From Euglena gracilis (taxonomy: Eukaryota): a DNA stretch of 64,000 bases. Each line of letters begins with the position of its first letter. Position 1 is the first letter of the stretch. Under the pieces are notes generated by a model that was given only the letters and a program-made list of their open reading frames with translations, was not told where the DNA came from and made no database searches. The stretch spans positions 47,595,847-47,659,846 of the forward strand of contig CP154954.1 of assembly GCA_039621445.1 (NCBI GenBank). Direction: 5' to 3'. The position numbers and the translations under genes were made by a program. This document shows positions 46,691 to 60,513 of this stretch, one piece after another.

Positions 46691-47314
46691 ATGGCCAGGC
46701 CTGGCTGAGAGATGTGGGCTCCGGGGGCGCGGTCCATCGCGTTGAATCCGTTCCAGCCGGGTGGATACCCCTCTGGGCCTGAGTGGAGATTACCAGCGTC
46801 ACAGGTTGGGAAGTGGGCACAGTGGTTGGGGGGATGGGGTTAAAAATGAACCCATGCAAATTTCAAGTAAGAATGTGGTCTTGTATGGATCACAGCAAGC
46901 GTGTGGAAAGATTTATTTTTTTGGCCGCCACTGTGACACATGAGAAAAAATCATTGGCATTACACCAGCCGTGGAAAATATTTGGGCCTTGCCCTCTCTC
47001 CTCTGATTGGGGTGCCTTGTGCCTCACGGTGGAAAACATCTGGACTGCACAAACCCTCCTCCAATTAATACCCCCCCTTGGGGTCCGACCAAAAAATAAT
47101 ACCTCCCATAATTTTGGGCCGCCGAAATCGATTTTCGCCTGAAAGAATGTGGTTGAAAATAGGAATTCACAGCAAAAAATGACAAAAAAAATGGGTTTTG
47201 TGGATCGTCTGGCCTACAAAAAACCCAATTTTTGCGGGGAAAAAAATACTCAAAAAATAACTAAAAAGGGTGGTTTTGGGTGATATCTTGCGTCTCAGGA
47301 TTTTACAATAACAC

Positions 47315-47766
47315 CAGGGGGGGGGGAAAAAATGCAACTGGGCCCTTCAAATTATGCAAGTCAAAAAAATGCAAAAAAATGCAAAAAAAATGCAAAAAAT
47401 GCAAAAAAATGCAACTTGCATGAAAAACCTGAGAAAAAGCTGGAATATAACAGAACTTTGCTGCCTAAGATCAAAAAAAATTTCCAGGGCAAAATATTTT
47501 ATGCAAAAAAATGCAAAAAAAATGCAAAAAAATCCATAAATATGGCAACCAACAACAAAATTTTTTTCCAGGGCAAAATATTTTATGTGGAAAATGCAAA
47601 AATATGCAAAAAATTTCAAACATATGGCAACCAACTACAAAAATTTTTTCCGGGGAAAATATTTTATGCAAAAAAATGCAAAAAAATGCAAAAAAATGCA
47701 AATTTCGGGAAAAGCCGGTTATGCAAAAAAATGCAAATTATGCAAGTTGCATTCCCCCCCCCCCTG
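47315..47766. mobile_element. hAT-like MITE with (AAAAAATGC)n body, nested in another repeat
   Basis: CAGGGGGGGG..AATGCAACT / AGTTGCATT..CCCCCCCTG; perfect TSD AATAACAC. Confidence 0.85.
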
Positions 47767-48002
47767 AATAACACCCCCCCCCAAATAAACGGGGACTTCG
47801 GGCGAAGAAAATAATAGCCCAGGGGGTGTTATTCCGGGGGGTTACCAAATTGTGGGGCTGCTGATTCACTCATTCTGGAGAGAAAAAACAGCAGGCAATT
47901 AGCTCATATTATGCAATACATGATCCCCCACACACCAGGTTCCAGCGGTGGAGACGGCCCTGGTTTCCACTTCGTGCAGCCTGCGATCAGGCTTCATTTC
48001 AT

Positions 48003-51000
48003 TCATTTTTTTTTTGCCAGAAAAAGCCTCGTGCATGACATCTGGTGCTCAACCATCCCGGCCTCAAAGAAGAGACGCCTGCCCACAATCTCCGAGTTGA
48101 TGGGGGCGTTGTACCCATAGTTGGCTGCGGGGCTGTCTGCTGACCCAAGCAGACGAGCCGCTCAACGGCTTCTGCGGGCACACATCGTTCAAGTGGTCGC
48201 CGAAACGTGCGGACCCATAGGGTGGCAGTCAGGGTGCCAGCGTGCCAGTGCCGGTGTGCCAGCGTGCTGGTGTGCCGGCCATGGCTCACCGGAGGCGCAG
48301 CCGGCCCCAGGCGTAGCCCTCCACCAGGAAGCGGTACATCACTTTGCTCACGGCGGGGACGTTCGTCTTGATGTGGATGTGGGCGACGGGGTCGGCGGAC
48401 GGCTTGGGCTGGCGGTGCCGCCGCGGACACGTGATGAAGTCCCGGAACACCTGGTGGGCAAGGGATGGCAAGACTGTTGGCGATGGCCAAGCGACTCCAA
48501 TGACTAGAATGACGAGCTGCTGCTGCAACCTTTCCCTGGCCAGGCAGTTTTTTTACCAACCCTGGGGGGGGGGTCCTGAGTGCCTTGGGGTGCCTGCCCA
48601 GGCAGGCACTACCCCCCGTCGGATTTCGGCCTGTGCCCAGGCATATTCCTTTGAAAATAAGCCATTTTTTTGGCTCCCCGGCGCCATTGGGGTCTGTTCT
48701 AGGGCACTTTTGGCCGTGTGCCCTATTCCCCCCCCCAGAGGGGGGTCGGATCGGGAGTGCCTTGGAGTGCCTGCCCAGGCAGCCCCCCCCCCCCCCGGGG
48801 TGGGTCGGCACCACCTTAAAAAACAGCCTGTCCCCAGCATTCAACAATTCTCTAAACGGAAAATTACATCACACACAATTTCTGATTTGGCGCTTTTAAA
48901 CCCTCTAACCCCCCCCCTAATAGAAGCACAGGTGCGCTTATAGGGGACCGCCGCCTCCGGCGGCGGGGGGTGCGCTTCTATTTGGACCCTACCTGCGCGG
49001 TTTTCGTTGATTTCCTTTAGAAATCCCATCAAAATGGGGGTGCGCTTGTAGCGGACCGCCGCCTTCGGCGGCGGGGGGTGTGCTTTTATTTGGACCCTGC
49101 GCTTGTAGCGGCCCCGTGCTTCTATTAGGGGGGTTACTATATTCATAAAATTTCTACTATACTCATATAGTAGAAATCAGTAGTAGAAAATTAATATTTA
49201 TATTTTATATTTCCAGTATATTTTTGAAATTGAATAAAAAATTAGCATTCAGAAAATTGCCTGGTCTTGTTTTAGAACTGGTTGCCAAGCTGAGGCAAAC
49301 TGGGACCGATGCATAACATTCCTTCAACGTGGGGCAAAGGTGCTACCTTGGCTCGACGGCTCCACAGCCGAGGCAAATAGATATGCACCTTGGTGGGGTC
49401 CATTAGCGCGGGGACGAAGACGCCGGCGAGGTCGAGGCCCTGCAGCAGCCTAAAGCAGTGGTACCGCGTGGTGGCACCACCCGCCATCCGCCCTCCAGCC
49501 ATGTGCGGCTGGTCCAGGCGGCCCTGCCTCCACGAGAGAGGCATGGTAACCCCACAACCTCACCCTGTGACCCTGCGACCTGTCCTCCAAGGCAGGACGT
49601 GCATTCCGCAGGACACAGCGGTGCCACCTGACCCCCAACCCCGGGAGTTCCCAAAAACGATGACACCCCCCACAGCAGCCGCCGGGTGCCCGGGCTGCTC
49701 CAGCAGGTGCGTGAGGCGGAACATCGGCAGGGTGAGGTGCAGCTCCCCCTCCGCGTAGGGGACCCGCACCCGGGGCTCCGCCACCTCCGGGGCGGGGGTG
49801 GCCGGCTCCGGCGTTGGGGGGCGGTCTGCCGCGGCGTCCGCGCTCGCGAGGTGGGCCCGCAGCACCTGCGTCAGGGGGAGGGGGACAACCCCGCTGTGTT
49901 TCTTTGGCGCCGGACCCCGACTTCCGTGGGTGAAGTCCGAAAGTGGGGCTGGCCTTAACTGGGGTCTGCAGAGCGGTTGCCGGCCGGCCGGCCGTCTGTC
50001 TCAAAGCACAGCGCCGCAGAGAAAGCGAAGGGGGGTTGCCGACAGGCACCGGGACGTCCGAATTCCTGTTTTGGAGCCGGGGGAGCTTGTTGTCGGATAT
50101 GGGCCCGAGGAGGGAAGGGGGACGGAGAGAAAGGAAGGCGGACCTGCTCCGGGACGGAGGGCATCCAGGCACGCAGGATGTCCAAGAACGAGATGGCGCC
50201 GTTGTGGCCGTGCTGGACGAGTGTTTCGGCAAACGGCAGCAGGCCACCCGGGGGTGGGGCTTGCCTCGAAAGGGAGGTGGCGCTGAACCACAAAGAACCA
50301 AACCCATCCGCTACCCACCCATTCACACACAGACAGACAGACAGACAGACACACCCGCACATACGTACACAAAAAGGCGCATACGCGCGATACACACAGG
50401 GCGGCCCAAGAAAACAAAACGTGGGGAAAAATTCTGCCGTCCCAGCACATTCACCTGAAAATAAGAAGGAAAAATGGGCAGTAAATGGACATGCTGAGCA
50501 AAACAGATCAACATCAGGGAGTTCCGGCATCCTTCGACCATCCCCCGTTTTTTTATTTATTTAAAAAAGCAGCCACAAATCATCTGACATGTACAAGTGA
50601 GAACATACTGTGAAACCTTGGCTCGCTTTAATGCTGCACAACACGTCGACTTCATGGATGCTGTGTTTGCACTCTGCTCTGCACGACTGCACAAACGAAC
50701 TATTCAAGTGGTCCACTTTGCGTGACTGGACAAATGAGACACTCACAAGAACAAGTGAAGTCGACCGGCTGAACAAACAAAACTGCTGGCTGGAAAAAAA
50801 GGTGCCGGCTGCCCCCCCCCCAGGAAAGGGGTCCGGGGGTCCTGCTGCAGTCTCATCCCCCATCCACCAGAAATGGAGTTATCTGACAGTCCATTTCTAC
50901 CAGTAAAGGTGTGGGAAAAGGCTCCTTGTAAAGCGGAGGATCTGTCACCCGACCTCAGACCTCCAGAGAACAATCTGATGCTGGTTCACCTGTCCCTCTC

Positions 51001-54000
51001 CCCCCCCGGGGGGGGGGGGGGCTGGGGGACCCGCTTTTGGGGTCAATTTTGGGTCCGACAGATCATTCCGGCGCTTCGCATCGAAAAAGGAGAAAATCCC
51101 CCTCCGGAGGGGGGAGGAATTCAGCCTGACCCAAACCTAAAAAAAAATATATCTGGTTGCCACTCAGGAAATGTGGGCGGACAAGATCAGGGGTTTGGGT
51201 AATTTCTCATTTCCTGGGGATGAAACCTGTGGGAAAGAAAATTGGTGCCATTCTTGGTGTCATGAGGGGACCAAAAACACCAAAATTTTGTCTCTCCCCC
51301 CAGGCTTCACCCCCGGACAATGGGGGCAAGGCGGCGTGCCACCAGCAGTTCAAAAACCCAACCCAAATCTCGAGAAGTGGGGATTTTGCGCAGTCGTGCA
51401 AGACGACATGCCAAGGCCCAATTGCATGTTTGGCTGCTTAAGCCCAAGGAAAAATAATTATCCCCATCCCTTGAAGACCGTCCTGGACACACACACACAC
51501 ACACACACACATGCACACGCGCGCGGGCACACACACACACAAACACTCAATCACACACACACACACACACACACCCACACACTGCATTGCATTTCCTCAC
51601 CAAGCCTGCACACTGGCCATGCAGAGAGGGGCCCCCGACACACCGTAACACATCAGAGGGACTCCCATAAGCTCAGGGGCTTTTGTTTTAACTTGCGCTT
51701 AAGCGCAAGTTAAAAATTTTGCGCTTAAGCGCAAATGTCCAAAAACATTGCCTTCTGTGCCCGGCAGTGTGGGGCCTGGCGTTGCTCACCAGACGTTGGG
51801 ACAGGTCCATGGGCTTGCCCTCAACCCCCCCCCCCCCCCCCCCCCCCACCTGGGTGGTTCCCGCTGTACCGCTCCTCGCGCTTCAAGCACCCAGGGATCA
51901 CAACTCTGTGACATGCCGGTTTTTCCAACTTTTCACAACGTGTATGTAGAGTCCACCCTCTGGATGCCTCAGCAGGCAACCCTTCAGGCACAAATCGCAG
52001 AGCCTAAAAAAAGCAACAAAAAGGGCCAAATGTCGCCCAGCCTGTGTGGCACCATCCGGCGAACACTGTCAAAGCTTCAAAAACAAGGGACTCGCAACGG
52101 GGGTTTTGGCACTTTTTTGGGGGGAAAATTCACGTGTCCCGGCAGTCAAACCCAGGGTTTTGACCCTTTTTCAAAATGGTGCACAGGCTGAAAAACACCA
52201 AAATTGGGCCTGTTCCCCACGTCCCAACATTGGCAAATGATGCACACGCCACCGTGGAGGGTCTCCGCGGAACCAGAGGATCAAAAGGGTGGGTTCTACC
52301 GCCGGGTTTCAAAAAGATCGAAAATTTGCGCGAAAGCGCAAGCTAAAAATCAAAACCTTAAGTGCGAGTTAGGCCGCCTAAGTCGGTGGGAAACCACTTT
52401 AGGGGTTAATTTAGGGGTTCGAAAATTTATTTGTCTGGAACTTTGTGCGCAAAAGGAAACAATAAAAACCTTTTGCAAGGGTACCCACTCGCCCCCCCCC
52501 CCCCCCGGGGGGGGACCCACCCACCTCCCCTCCCCCTCCGTCCCAACCTTCAGAAATCAGGAAGATCGAAGTGGGGAGGGCCTGAGAATTTTTCGGGTGA
52601 AGCGATTGCCAGCTATGGTTTCCCCAGCCGCAACCAACGCTGGCAGCCGCAAGCGATACCGTGCAGTGGGAGGGGGATGCAGCACCGCTGGGCGAAGGGC
52701 GGGGTGCCACAATTGCAGCGCACAGATTGGAACTGATCGGATAAATCAAAGACAGAGGGTGGGTGAAATGCGCAAACAAATAACAGACAGCAGGCACTCT
52801 GCAAAACCTGCATGAAAATCTGAAAACAAACTATGAAACATATATAATCTCACCGGGAGAGAAGAAAACCTCATCACAAAAAAATTGCGGAAAGATTCAG
52901 AGAAAATGTGCTTCCTGGTAAAAGGCATTGGCTTCTATTGCAGTTGATGTGTTGCCCTCCAAACTGCAGCCCCGGCACCACGGACCACTTTCTCGTAGCC
53001 CATCCGGAGGGCCAGGAACTCCTCGCGCGACAGCATAATGGCCGCCGGGTTGATCTGGAACTCTTCCAGCGGCTGGGCCACTTCCTGTGAACCAACAGCC
53101 CCCCGTTTGTCTCCACAGATCACACAAATCCCACGGTGCACCACGGCCTCCGGCTTTGGCCTTGTCATGAACAACCGTTCCTCTGGGCTGCAACCAGCCG
53201 GCTCCACCCACAGATGACAACAATTTGGGATGAAAAGCCGCATATGAGAAAATAAGTAATAATACTTTAAGAAAGTAAATAATAAATTTAACAATGAACA
53301 ATCAGCAATTATCAATTGATTTTTTAAAAAATCAACTGATTTTATATTATTCTTTGTTAAATAATAAAATTGAATCACTTGATTTGGGTTGAAGATAATT
53401 GAATGATTGGTGCACGACAGAAAAGGAGGCAGAAAGGTGGTACTTGAGGCGGCGGGGGGTAGTCGGGGTGGGGGGGCTCGTTCCCCGCCATGCGCAGGAA
53501 GAGGTCGATGAGGTGCGGGGAGAAGTGGGGGAACAGCACTGCGATCACCTCCGCCAGGCTGACGGAGTCGTCCCGGGAGCGGGCGGCAGCACGGAACATC
53601 TCCACCGTGAAAGTCCGCCCCGCAATCTCCTGCGCGGCAGAAAGGAGCAGAACGTCCCCCACCCCCAACCACAAGCAAAGCCACACCTTTCCACCATACG
53701 ACCACGCGTGTCGTGTGCGCCGAGCACGCTTATTTTTTTAAGACCTTAAAACCCTTTAAAAACATTAAAAAAGGCTTAAGAAATAACTCGGACAAAATCT
53801 TTCTTCAACTGAGAAAAGGTGAAGTGGCAAAACCTCAGCAAAAACTAGCTGGCATCGCTGGGACATTGTCTATCCACCCAAACTCAAACAATGGGGGCCC
53901 AAATATTATTATTATATTATATATATATTATTATATTATATTATATATTATTATTATTTGGACCCTGTTCGATGCCCAGATCGCCCTTATAATTTTTTGT

Positions 54001-57000
54001 GCCGTGACACCTGCGCAAAAAATTGCAAATATTTCAAAGTTCTCTGAGGCATTTTTATGGTTTTTTAAGGGGGTTTCAAAGGTTTCTAAAGGGGTTTAAA
54101 GTTTTTCTCTAAGAATTCTGTTCAAATTTGAAATTCCATGGATGGTCCCGTGGTCAGTGGATTTTCCGCAACGGCAATAATTTATTGCTGAAGCGGAGGT
54201 GGCACAAAACATTTGACACATTTTTTTTCATTGCAGTCGCAGCGCAAGTGTTTTCCGCAGTGATCATTAGTCAGCCAGGCTTAGTCAGCCAGCCAGGCTG
54301 CAGATCTGCCCCTGAGGGGTCCGCTTAAATAAAACTGGGGCTGGACCCCCCCAAAAAATAATGTGCACAATGTGCCGCATTTTTTTTGCAAAATAGTATT
54401 TTTGAGGGGGGTTTGGGTTTTCATCTCCAAAATTTGGCTGAAAATTCCAAACTACCAATTTACCTAAAATTGGACTTTTTTGCTTATTTTCGGGGTACCA
54501 ACTGGGTCTAGCTGCCAGTCGAGTGGACCTTGGACCCCCCTCAGGGGGGGGGGTCCAACCAGGACCTGTTTTCCAGCCCGGAGCTATTTTCCAGTCAGCT
54601 GGCTGGAGTCCTTAAGAAAACCCGTGGATGCAAAATATAATGGGATGACAATGGTTCCCACCTAGGCCCTTGTCAAAACAAAAAGCACACCACAGTAGCA
54701 CCCTCGCCCTCCCGAACAAATGCATAGAAATGCAAAGTGAAAAGCAGCAAATAAAAAAAATTGAGCGGCAGTTGTGGTGCACATTTCAAAAGTTGGTGCG
54801 GTGCAGACGGGCACAACAAGAAGTCTGTCGCAGAAAATCGGTTGCAATAATTGTTCCGCGGTGGTTGTGAAGCCAAAAAAAAAAACTTCTTTAGAGGCAC
54901 ACTGACAACAAATAAACTTTCCATCATGGCTGCTGGAATAGAACCCATTGGATCATGCACACGTTGAATGCGTGCCGAAATGTTGAGAAATACGCTCGGC
55001 ACAAACAGGCTTCAGAATGCCATGCCAAGAAAAACCCACACCTCGCCTGCTGCAGCAAGTTCATCCACCGAAATGCGCCCACAATTCCGCACGTCGAGTT
55101 CGCAGAACCCTGAAAGCATTGGGACGGTCTGTGTGGATGTCGCCACCAGATGTGGGCAGATGCAGGCGACATGGAGGATCATAAATGCGGCATTCCTCAC
55201 AACCAGGAACGTCATTGTAACCAAAAATCTGAATTGTCTTTGAGATTGCCCATTACAGGATAAAAATTTGGGTAATTCCCAAACTTCTGCCTACCATTTT
55301 TCCAAACAAAAATTGAGCCAAAAAAAACTACGAAAGAGAAAAAACACACAAAAAAAGAAGCAACTGCATGCATTTCTGGGAGGTTGAGGTCACAAAAAAG
55401 CAATTTCCTGTTTCCTTCAAGTTGTAGAGCTGCTTCTTCCAAAAATACAATCTTTAAAATCGGCACAAAATTGCTTCATCTCCCAGCAAAACACAAAAAA
55501 AATGTGGGAAAATCCAAAAAAAAGATAAATTTGGTCAAAACATGAAAAATGTTCAAAGAACACAAAAAAAACAACACAACAAAATGGTCGTCCCCTTGAA
55601 ACAAAACAACTGGTCTGTTTGTTCAGCGATGCTTTTCCCAGCTCTGGAGAATATGGGAACAAATGTGGGAGCAAGGCTGTACATTGCCATAAAACGTCAA
55701 AAGCAGGATTTTTCCGAGGAAAGAAAAAAAACACCAGCCAATTGCCACGTCCAAAAGAACCGGGGGGATCACGGTTCTGGAAACCCAATCACAGATATAT
55801 CAGGAAAAGGGGTGGGATGTTTAGAATGTTTCCCGCCCCCTTCGGGGGAGATAACACAGCATAACAGCCCAAACATTACAAGAGCAGGATGTGGATAGAA
55901 GAGCCCCTCCCTCACCAGGAGTCCACAGTTTAGGCCATGAATTTGACAGCTTTGGTCCAAAAATGGTCGCCTGCCGGAATTTTGTTTGAAAATAGCGAAA
56001 TTTGGGCTGGATGGGGCAAAACTGTATTAGAAAACAACCCCCCCCCCCCAATAACCTGGAGGGGCCCTTGCTGCTGGCAAACTGGCGGGGGGCAAGCCAA
56101 AAAAAATATGGTTCCAGTAAACCCCCCTTTTAAGGCAAAAATCCTTACGACTGAAAATAATCAGGGGCAGGGAGATATTCGGTCGGCCGAAAATTTTATT
56201 ACGGGGTCTTATTCCGGTTTATTCCGGGTTATTCCGGTTTATTCCGGAATTTATTCCGGTTTATTCCAGTCAATTTCTGTCTGAATGGACTTTGGATTTT
56301 TTTGAAGTACAATTTGGCCGAGGCGCTCACCCGGGCTTCAGGAATAGGGATGCATTCCTTCGTTGCCCCGCCCCGCCAAGTGGTCACTCCGCACTTGGTG
56401 ACGCGGGTCTGCACACCACAGCAGACCCCGGCCTTTTCCGGAAAAACAAGCCGATGAAAATTGGCGCTCGGGGTTTTCTCTTGAGGCAGTGCTGTATTTT
56501 TCTTCACAAAAATGTCCCGCCGAATGTCTTAGGCGGCCTAACTCGCACTTAGCTTTGAAAGTGTATAATTGCGCCGGCACGCAATGTTGCAAAAAAGTTC
56601 TGTTTTCGAACACCGAGGCCTGAGGTTCAGGACAATCCGAATTAATGTCTCCCTACACCCCTAGGGCCTGGGGACGGAAGTAACGAGTTGGAACTCCACG
56701 TTGTCCAGGCACACGGTTCACGGGACCAGTGTGCATGACCCCAAAGCGCCGGATAATGAAACGAGAGAACTCCATTGCGCAGTTGCGCCATGGCACAACA
56801 TTTTTTTTCATTACAAAACATAAAACACATTGCGCTTTGGCACAATGTTTCTAATTTTTTGTAATTCTGATGTGGGGGATCATTGCGCACTTGCGCAATA
56901 AAAATATGGTTTTATTGCGCATCCGCAAATTGGGCACGCTCATGTAGAATGAAAATTTAAGAGTTATATTGCGCCACGGCACAATAGAAATACAATTATT

Positions 57001-60000
57001 AAAATTCCAAATTAGCTGTTGTGCCGAAGCGGACACCTCAGCAGGCAAACCTTCACGGACAGATCACAGAGCCTAAAAAACCAACAAAATGGCCCAAAAG
57101 TCACCTGGCCTGTGCTGCACCATCATGGGAACACAGTCAAGGCTTCAAAAATGAGGGAGACACAACAGGGGTGTTGGCCCTTTTTTGGGAAAATTCACGC
57201 GTCCCGGCGTTCAAACCCGGGGTTTTGAACCTTTTTAAAATGGAGCACAGGCTTAAAAACACCAAAGGGGTCTGTGTCCTGGGTCCCAATAACTGCAAAT
57301 GATGCACGTGCCACCGTGCAGGGTCCCCGCGGAACCAGAGGGCCCAAAGGGTGGGTTTGACCGCCGGGTTCTAACAGAGTGCAACGTTGCGCAATGCAAA
57401 AATCAAAACCTTAAATGCGAGTTGGGCCGCCTAAGAGTGTTATTGCCCCCTGATTGAAGGATGATTCGCTTTGTCCAATGGGATCAGGCTGTTATTTACC
57501 AACCCCGGGGGGGGGGTCCGGAGTGCCTATGAGTGCCTGCCCAGGCAGGCACTACCCCCCCCCCCGGGGGGGGTCGGATTTGGGCCTGTGCTCAAGCACA
57601 TTCCTTTGAAAATAGGCCATTTTTGGCTCCCCGGCGCCTTTGGCGCCGGGTCTGTGCTAGGGCACTTTTGGCCGTGTGCCCCCCCCCCCGGGGGGGGGCC
57701 GGATTTGGAGTGCCTTGGGGTGCCTGCCCAGGCAGGCACCCCCTCCCCCCCGGGGTGGGGTCGGCACCCGACTAAAATACAACCTGAATGGTATCCCTGC
57801 CCCCAAAAATCAGTTGATATTGTCCCAATTCATGTACCTTTGGAAAGAACTCAGGGACAAATATTCACTAAGTGCAGCCCCCACAAGTGGGGATAAAATC
57901 CAAACAAAAAATGCATTCATCCAGGGGGAGAAACAGGCAAAGTAAAAATGTGCTCCTGATATCAAATGCCGATTGTGCTACGCTTGCGCTCTTTTGTTGC
58001 TCTTGTGGTTTTGAAACCTGAAAAGATGTCAAACTTCACCATCATTGCCTTTGTGTCTTGCAGAATTTTCAGGCCATTGGCTGGCACTTTTATTCCGGTT
58101 ATTCCGGGTTATTCCGGGTTATTCCGGTTTTCGCTATTCCGGTTTATTCCGGTTTATTCCGGACCGGAATATCTCCCTGCTCCTGAAATAATGCCCAAAT
58201 AACCTGGCGGGGGGAGGTGAAAAAGATTGTTCCAGTAATTTTGGCACCCTGGCTATTTGTGGGGGTTACGTTTGTGTTGGTCGCGGAAAATTTGATTTGC
58301 CACACAAAACACAAACCCCTGCCAAACGTAAGGCTGCCCCATGAGGATCTTGAATCCGGTCCAAAAAAAATCCAACCTCCCAAATAATTTTGCCCCCCTG
58401 CAAAATTAGTGGACCGATCTCTTTGGCCCCTACCCGTGCAAAGCTATTGGGGCAAATCACACCCTAACCCATTGATGGATCGATTTGCCGCATTTCCTCC
58501 CTTTTTTTTGTGAAAGGGGGGCAAAATTATTTTGGGCGAATCTCTTTCGGCCTTCCCTCCTGCAAAGACATTTGGGCACGCAAAGAGTTAAGGGCACTGT
58601 AAAATCATTTGGGAAGGGGGGCTATAAACTCTGGGTGGGGTGACACTTGGGAGGGGGTTTTGACCTTGCTGCAGATCCAAGAAATCATCCTCAGTAAGAT
58701 CCTGCTCCACGACACTGATTTCCTTGAGGAACTGGCGGCGCTCTTCTAACGCAGCCCGGTACGCTTTCATCAAGTCAGCCTGGGCCACCAAAAAAAAGGT
58801 GGACTAAACGAAAAGCCCCATCACAAAAAAATACCCAATTCTCACAAAAAAATAAAACAACAGAAGGCGCACAATAAATCCACTCTGGAGGTGTCCAGGC
58901 TTTGCCCAGAAACCCCACCGGAAACCCCACCACGTTGAGATGTGTTAAAAGTTGTGCATCAAGGTCATGAAGTCAACACACCGAAAGCGTCAAAAAATGG
59001 AAAATAAATTAATTTTTTTTAACCTTATCAGGGCACAGTGTGGCCCCATTCTGTGCGTATGTGGGGGGATTTGATCACTTTTCACACACGGAAAGTCATT
59101 TTCAGTTGACAAAAAACTTCGTGCTTGAAATCTAATTCCCCAATTTAGCAATTTATGAAATCCACTGAACAAAAATGAACAGAACTCAACTGGACAGAGG
59201 AGAGGAATTTCACGGGAATTCATAAAGGTTCAGAGACAAGATGACTGAAAATCTGAATGGGAAATGTACCTTGCAAAAGATTCCCGAAATTCTGCATATG
59301 GTCAAATGTCATTACAACACCCCAAATATATTAAAAAGGGGGGGAAATGGAAACACGGACCCTTCAAAAAAGCGACAAAAAAAGGGGGGAAACTCCAAAA
59401 TTGCAATTTGTATGCAAAATCCTTTACAAGCTCCCCCGGTTGTGCACTTCCTGCTTCAGAGGACTTAGATAAAATTTTCGGCTCCCTCGGGGCAAATTTT
59501 CATTTTGAATAAAAATACTGCAATTTTTTGAGGTTTTTTGGGCTTTTCGATTTGGCAAATTTCTTGTGAAATCGGTTTTTTTTGCATTTTTTTTGTCCTG
59601 ATAATTTTTCAATTTTCGCTGGAAAATTTCTTCAATAATGGAAAATTCCTCGCCCGATTTTTCCCCAAGACCAAAATCTGACAATATTTTGATGCATTGG
59701 CTCCCCCCCCCTGTATATAAAGCCCCAACCAAGACGTTTCGTTTTGCCACACAAATATAAAAACACCCCTCCCCCTAATGTAAAACCCACCAATGGTGCC
59801 ATTCAAAGCAAAAATAAAAATAAAAAAAATGCATGAAAATTACAATTATTTTTTTAAAAAAAATAAATGCTCCATTTTGGGCAAAAATGGTGCTTTTGGT
59901 AAAATTGAGACGTGGGGAAAATGACACTTTTTCGATGGCCTCTTTGTCTTCAAGTGCAGTCAAATATTTTATACCTATAAATTTTTAACTGATTTCAGTT

Positions 60001-60258
60001 GTCACCCAAATATAAGCTGTCCCCCCCCCAATACAAAGCCCACCCCGAGGGCCTTAACATCCCATCCGATCATAAAGCCTGGAGGGTTTTCTATTTAGGG
60101 GTCAATATACACACAAAAGAATATATGCGTACACACATATACTGTAAAATATAAGCACATATTCACATATACATAAAAAAAATTGCACATAAAAATTGCA
60201 CATATACGTTGCACATATACATATTCATATACACGTACATATACATATACATATACAC

Positions 60259-60317
<59 letters not shown>

Positions 60318-60318
60318 C

Positions 60319-60362
<44 letters not shown>

Positions 60363-60456
60363 GCATACACATACACATACACATACACATATACATTACA
60401 TATACATACACATATTCACATACATATACATAAACATATTCATATACGTATACGCG

Positions 60457-60513
<57 letters not shown>

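Larger units (their letters stand above)
56162..58185. mobile_element. TIR element with (TTATTCCGG)n subterminal repeats, 7-bp TSD, hosting nested MITEs
   Basis: TIR CAGGGGCAGGGAGATATTC / GAATATCTCCCTGCTCCTG; TSD AAATAAT. Confidence 0.75.

Noticed and set aside
47332-47814. Lys/Asn-rich ORFs, and similarly the VCVC, THTH and YIYI ORFs elsewhere
   Set aside because: Translations of MITE internal repeats and microsatellites.
58896-60081. CAGGCTTT...AAAGCCTG candidate MITE
   Set aside because: TSD only 5/8 and the span would enclose a tentative exon (59974-59928); the ends may belong to different elements.
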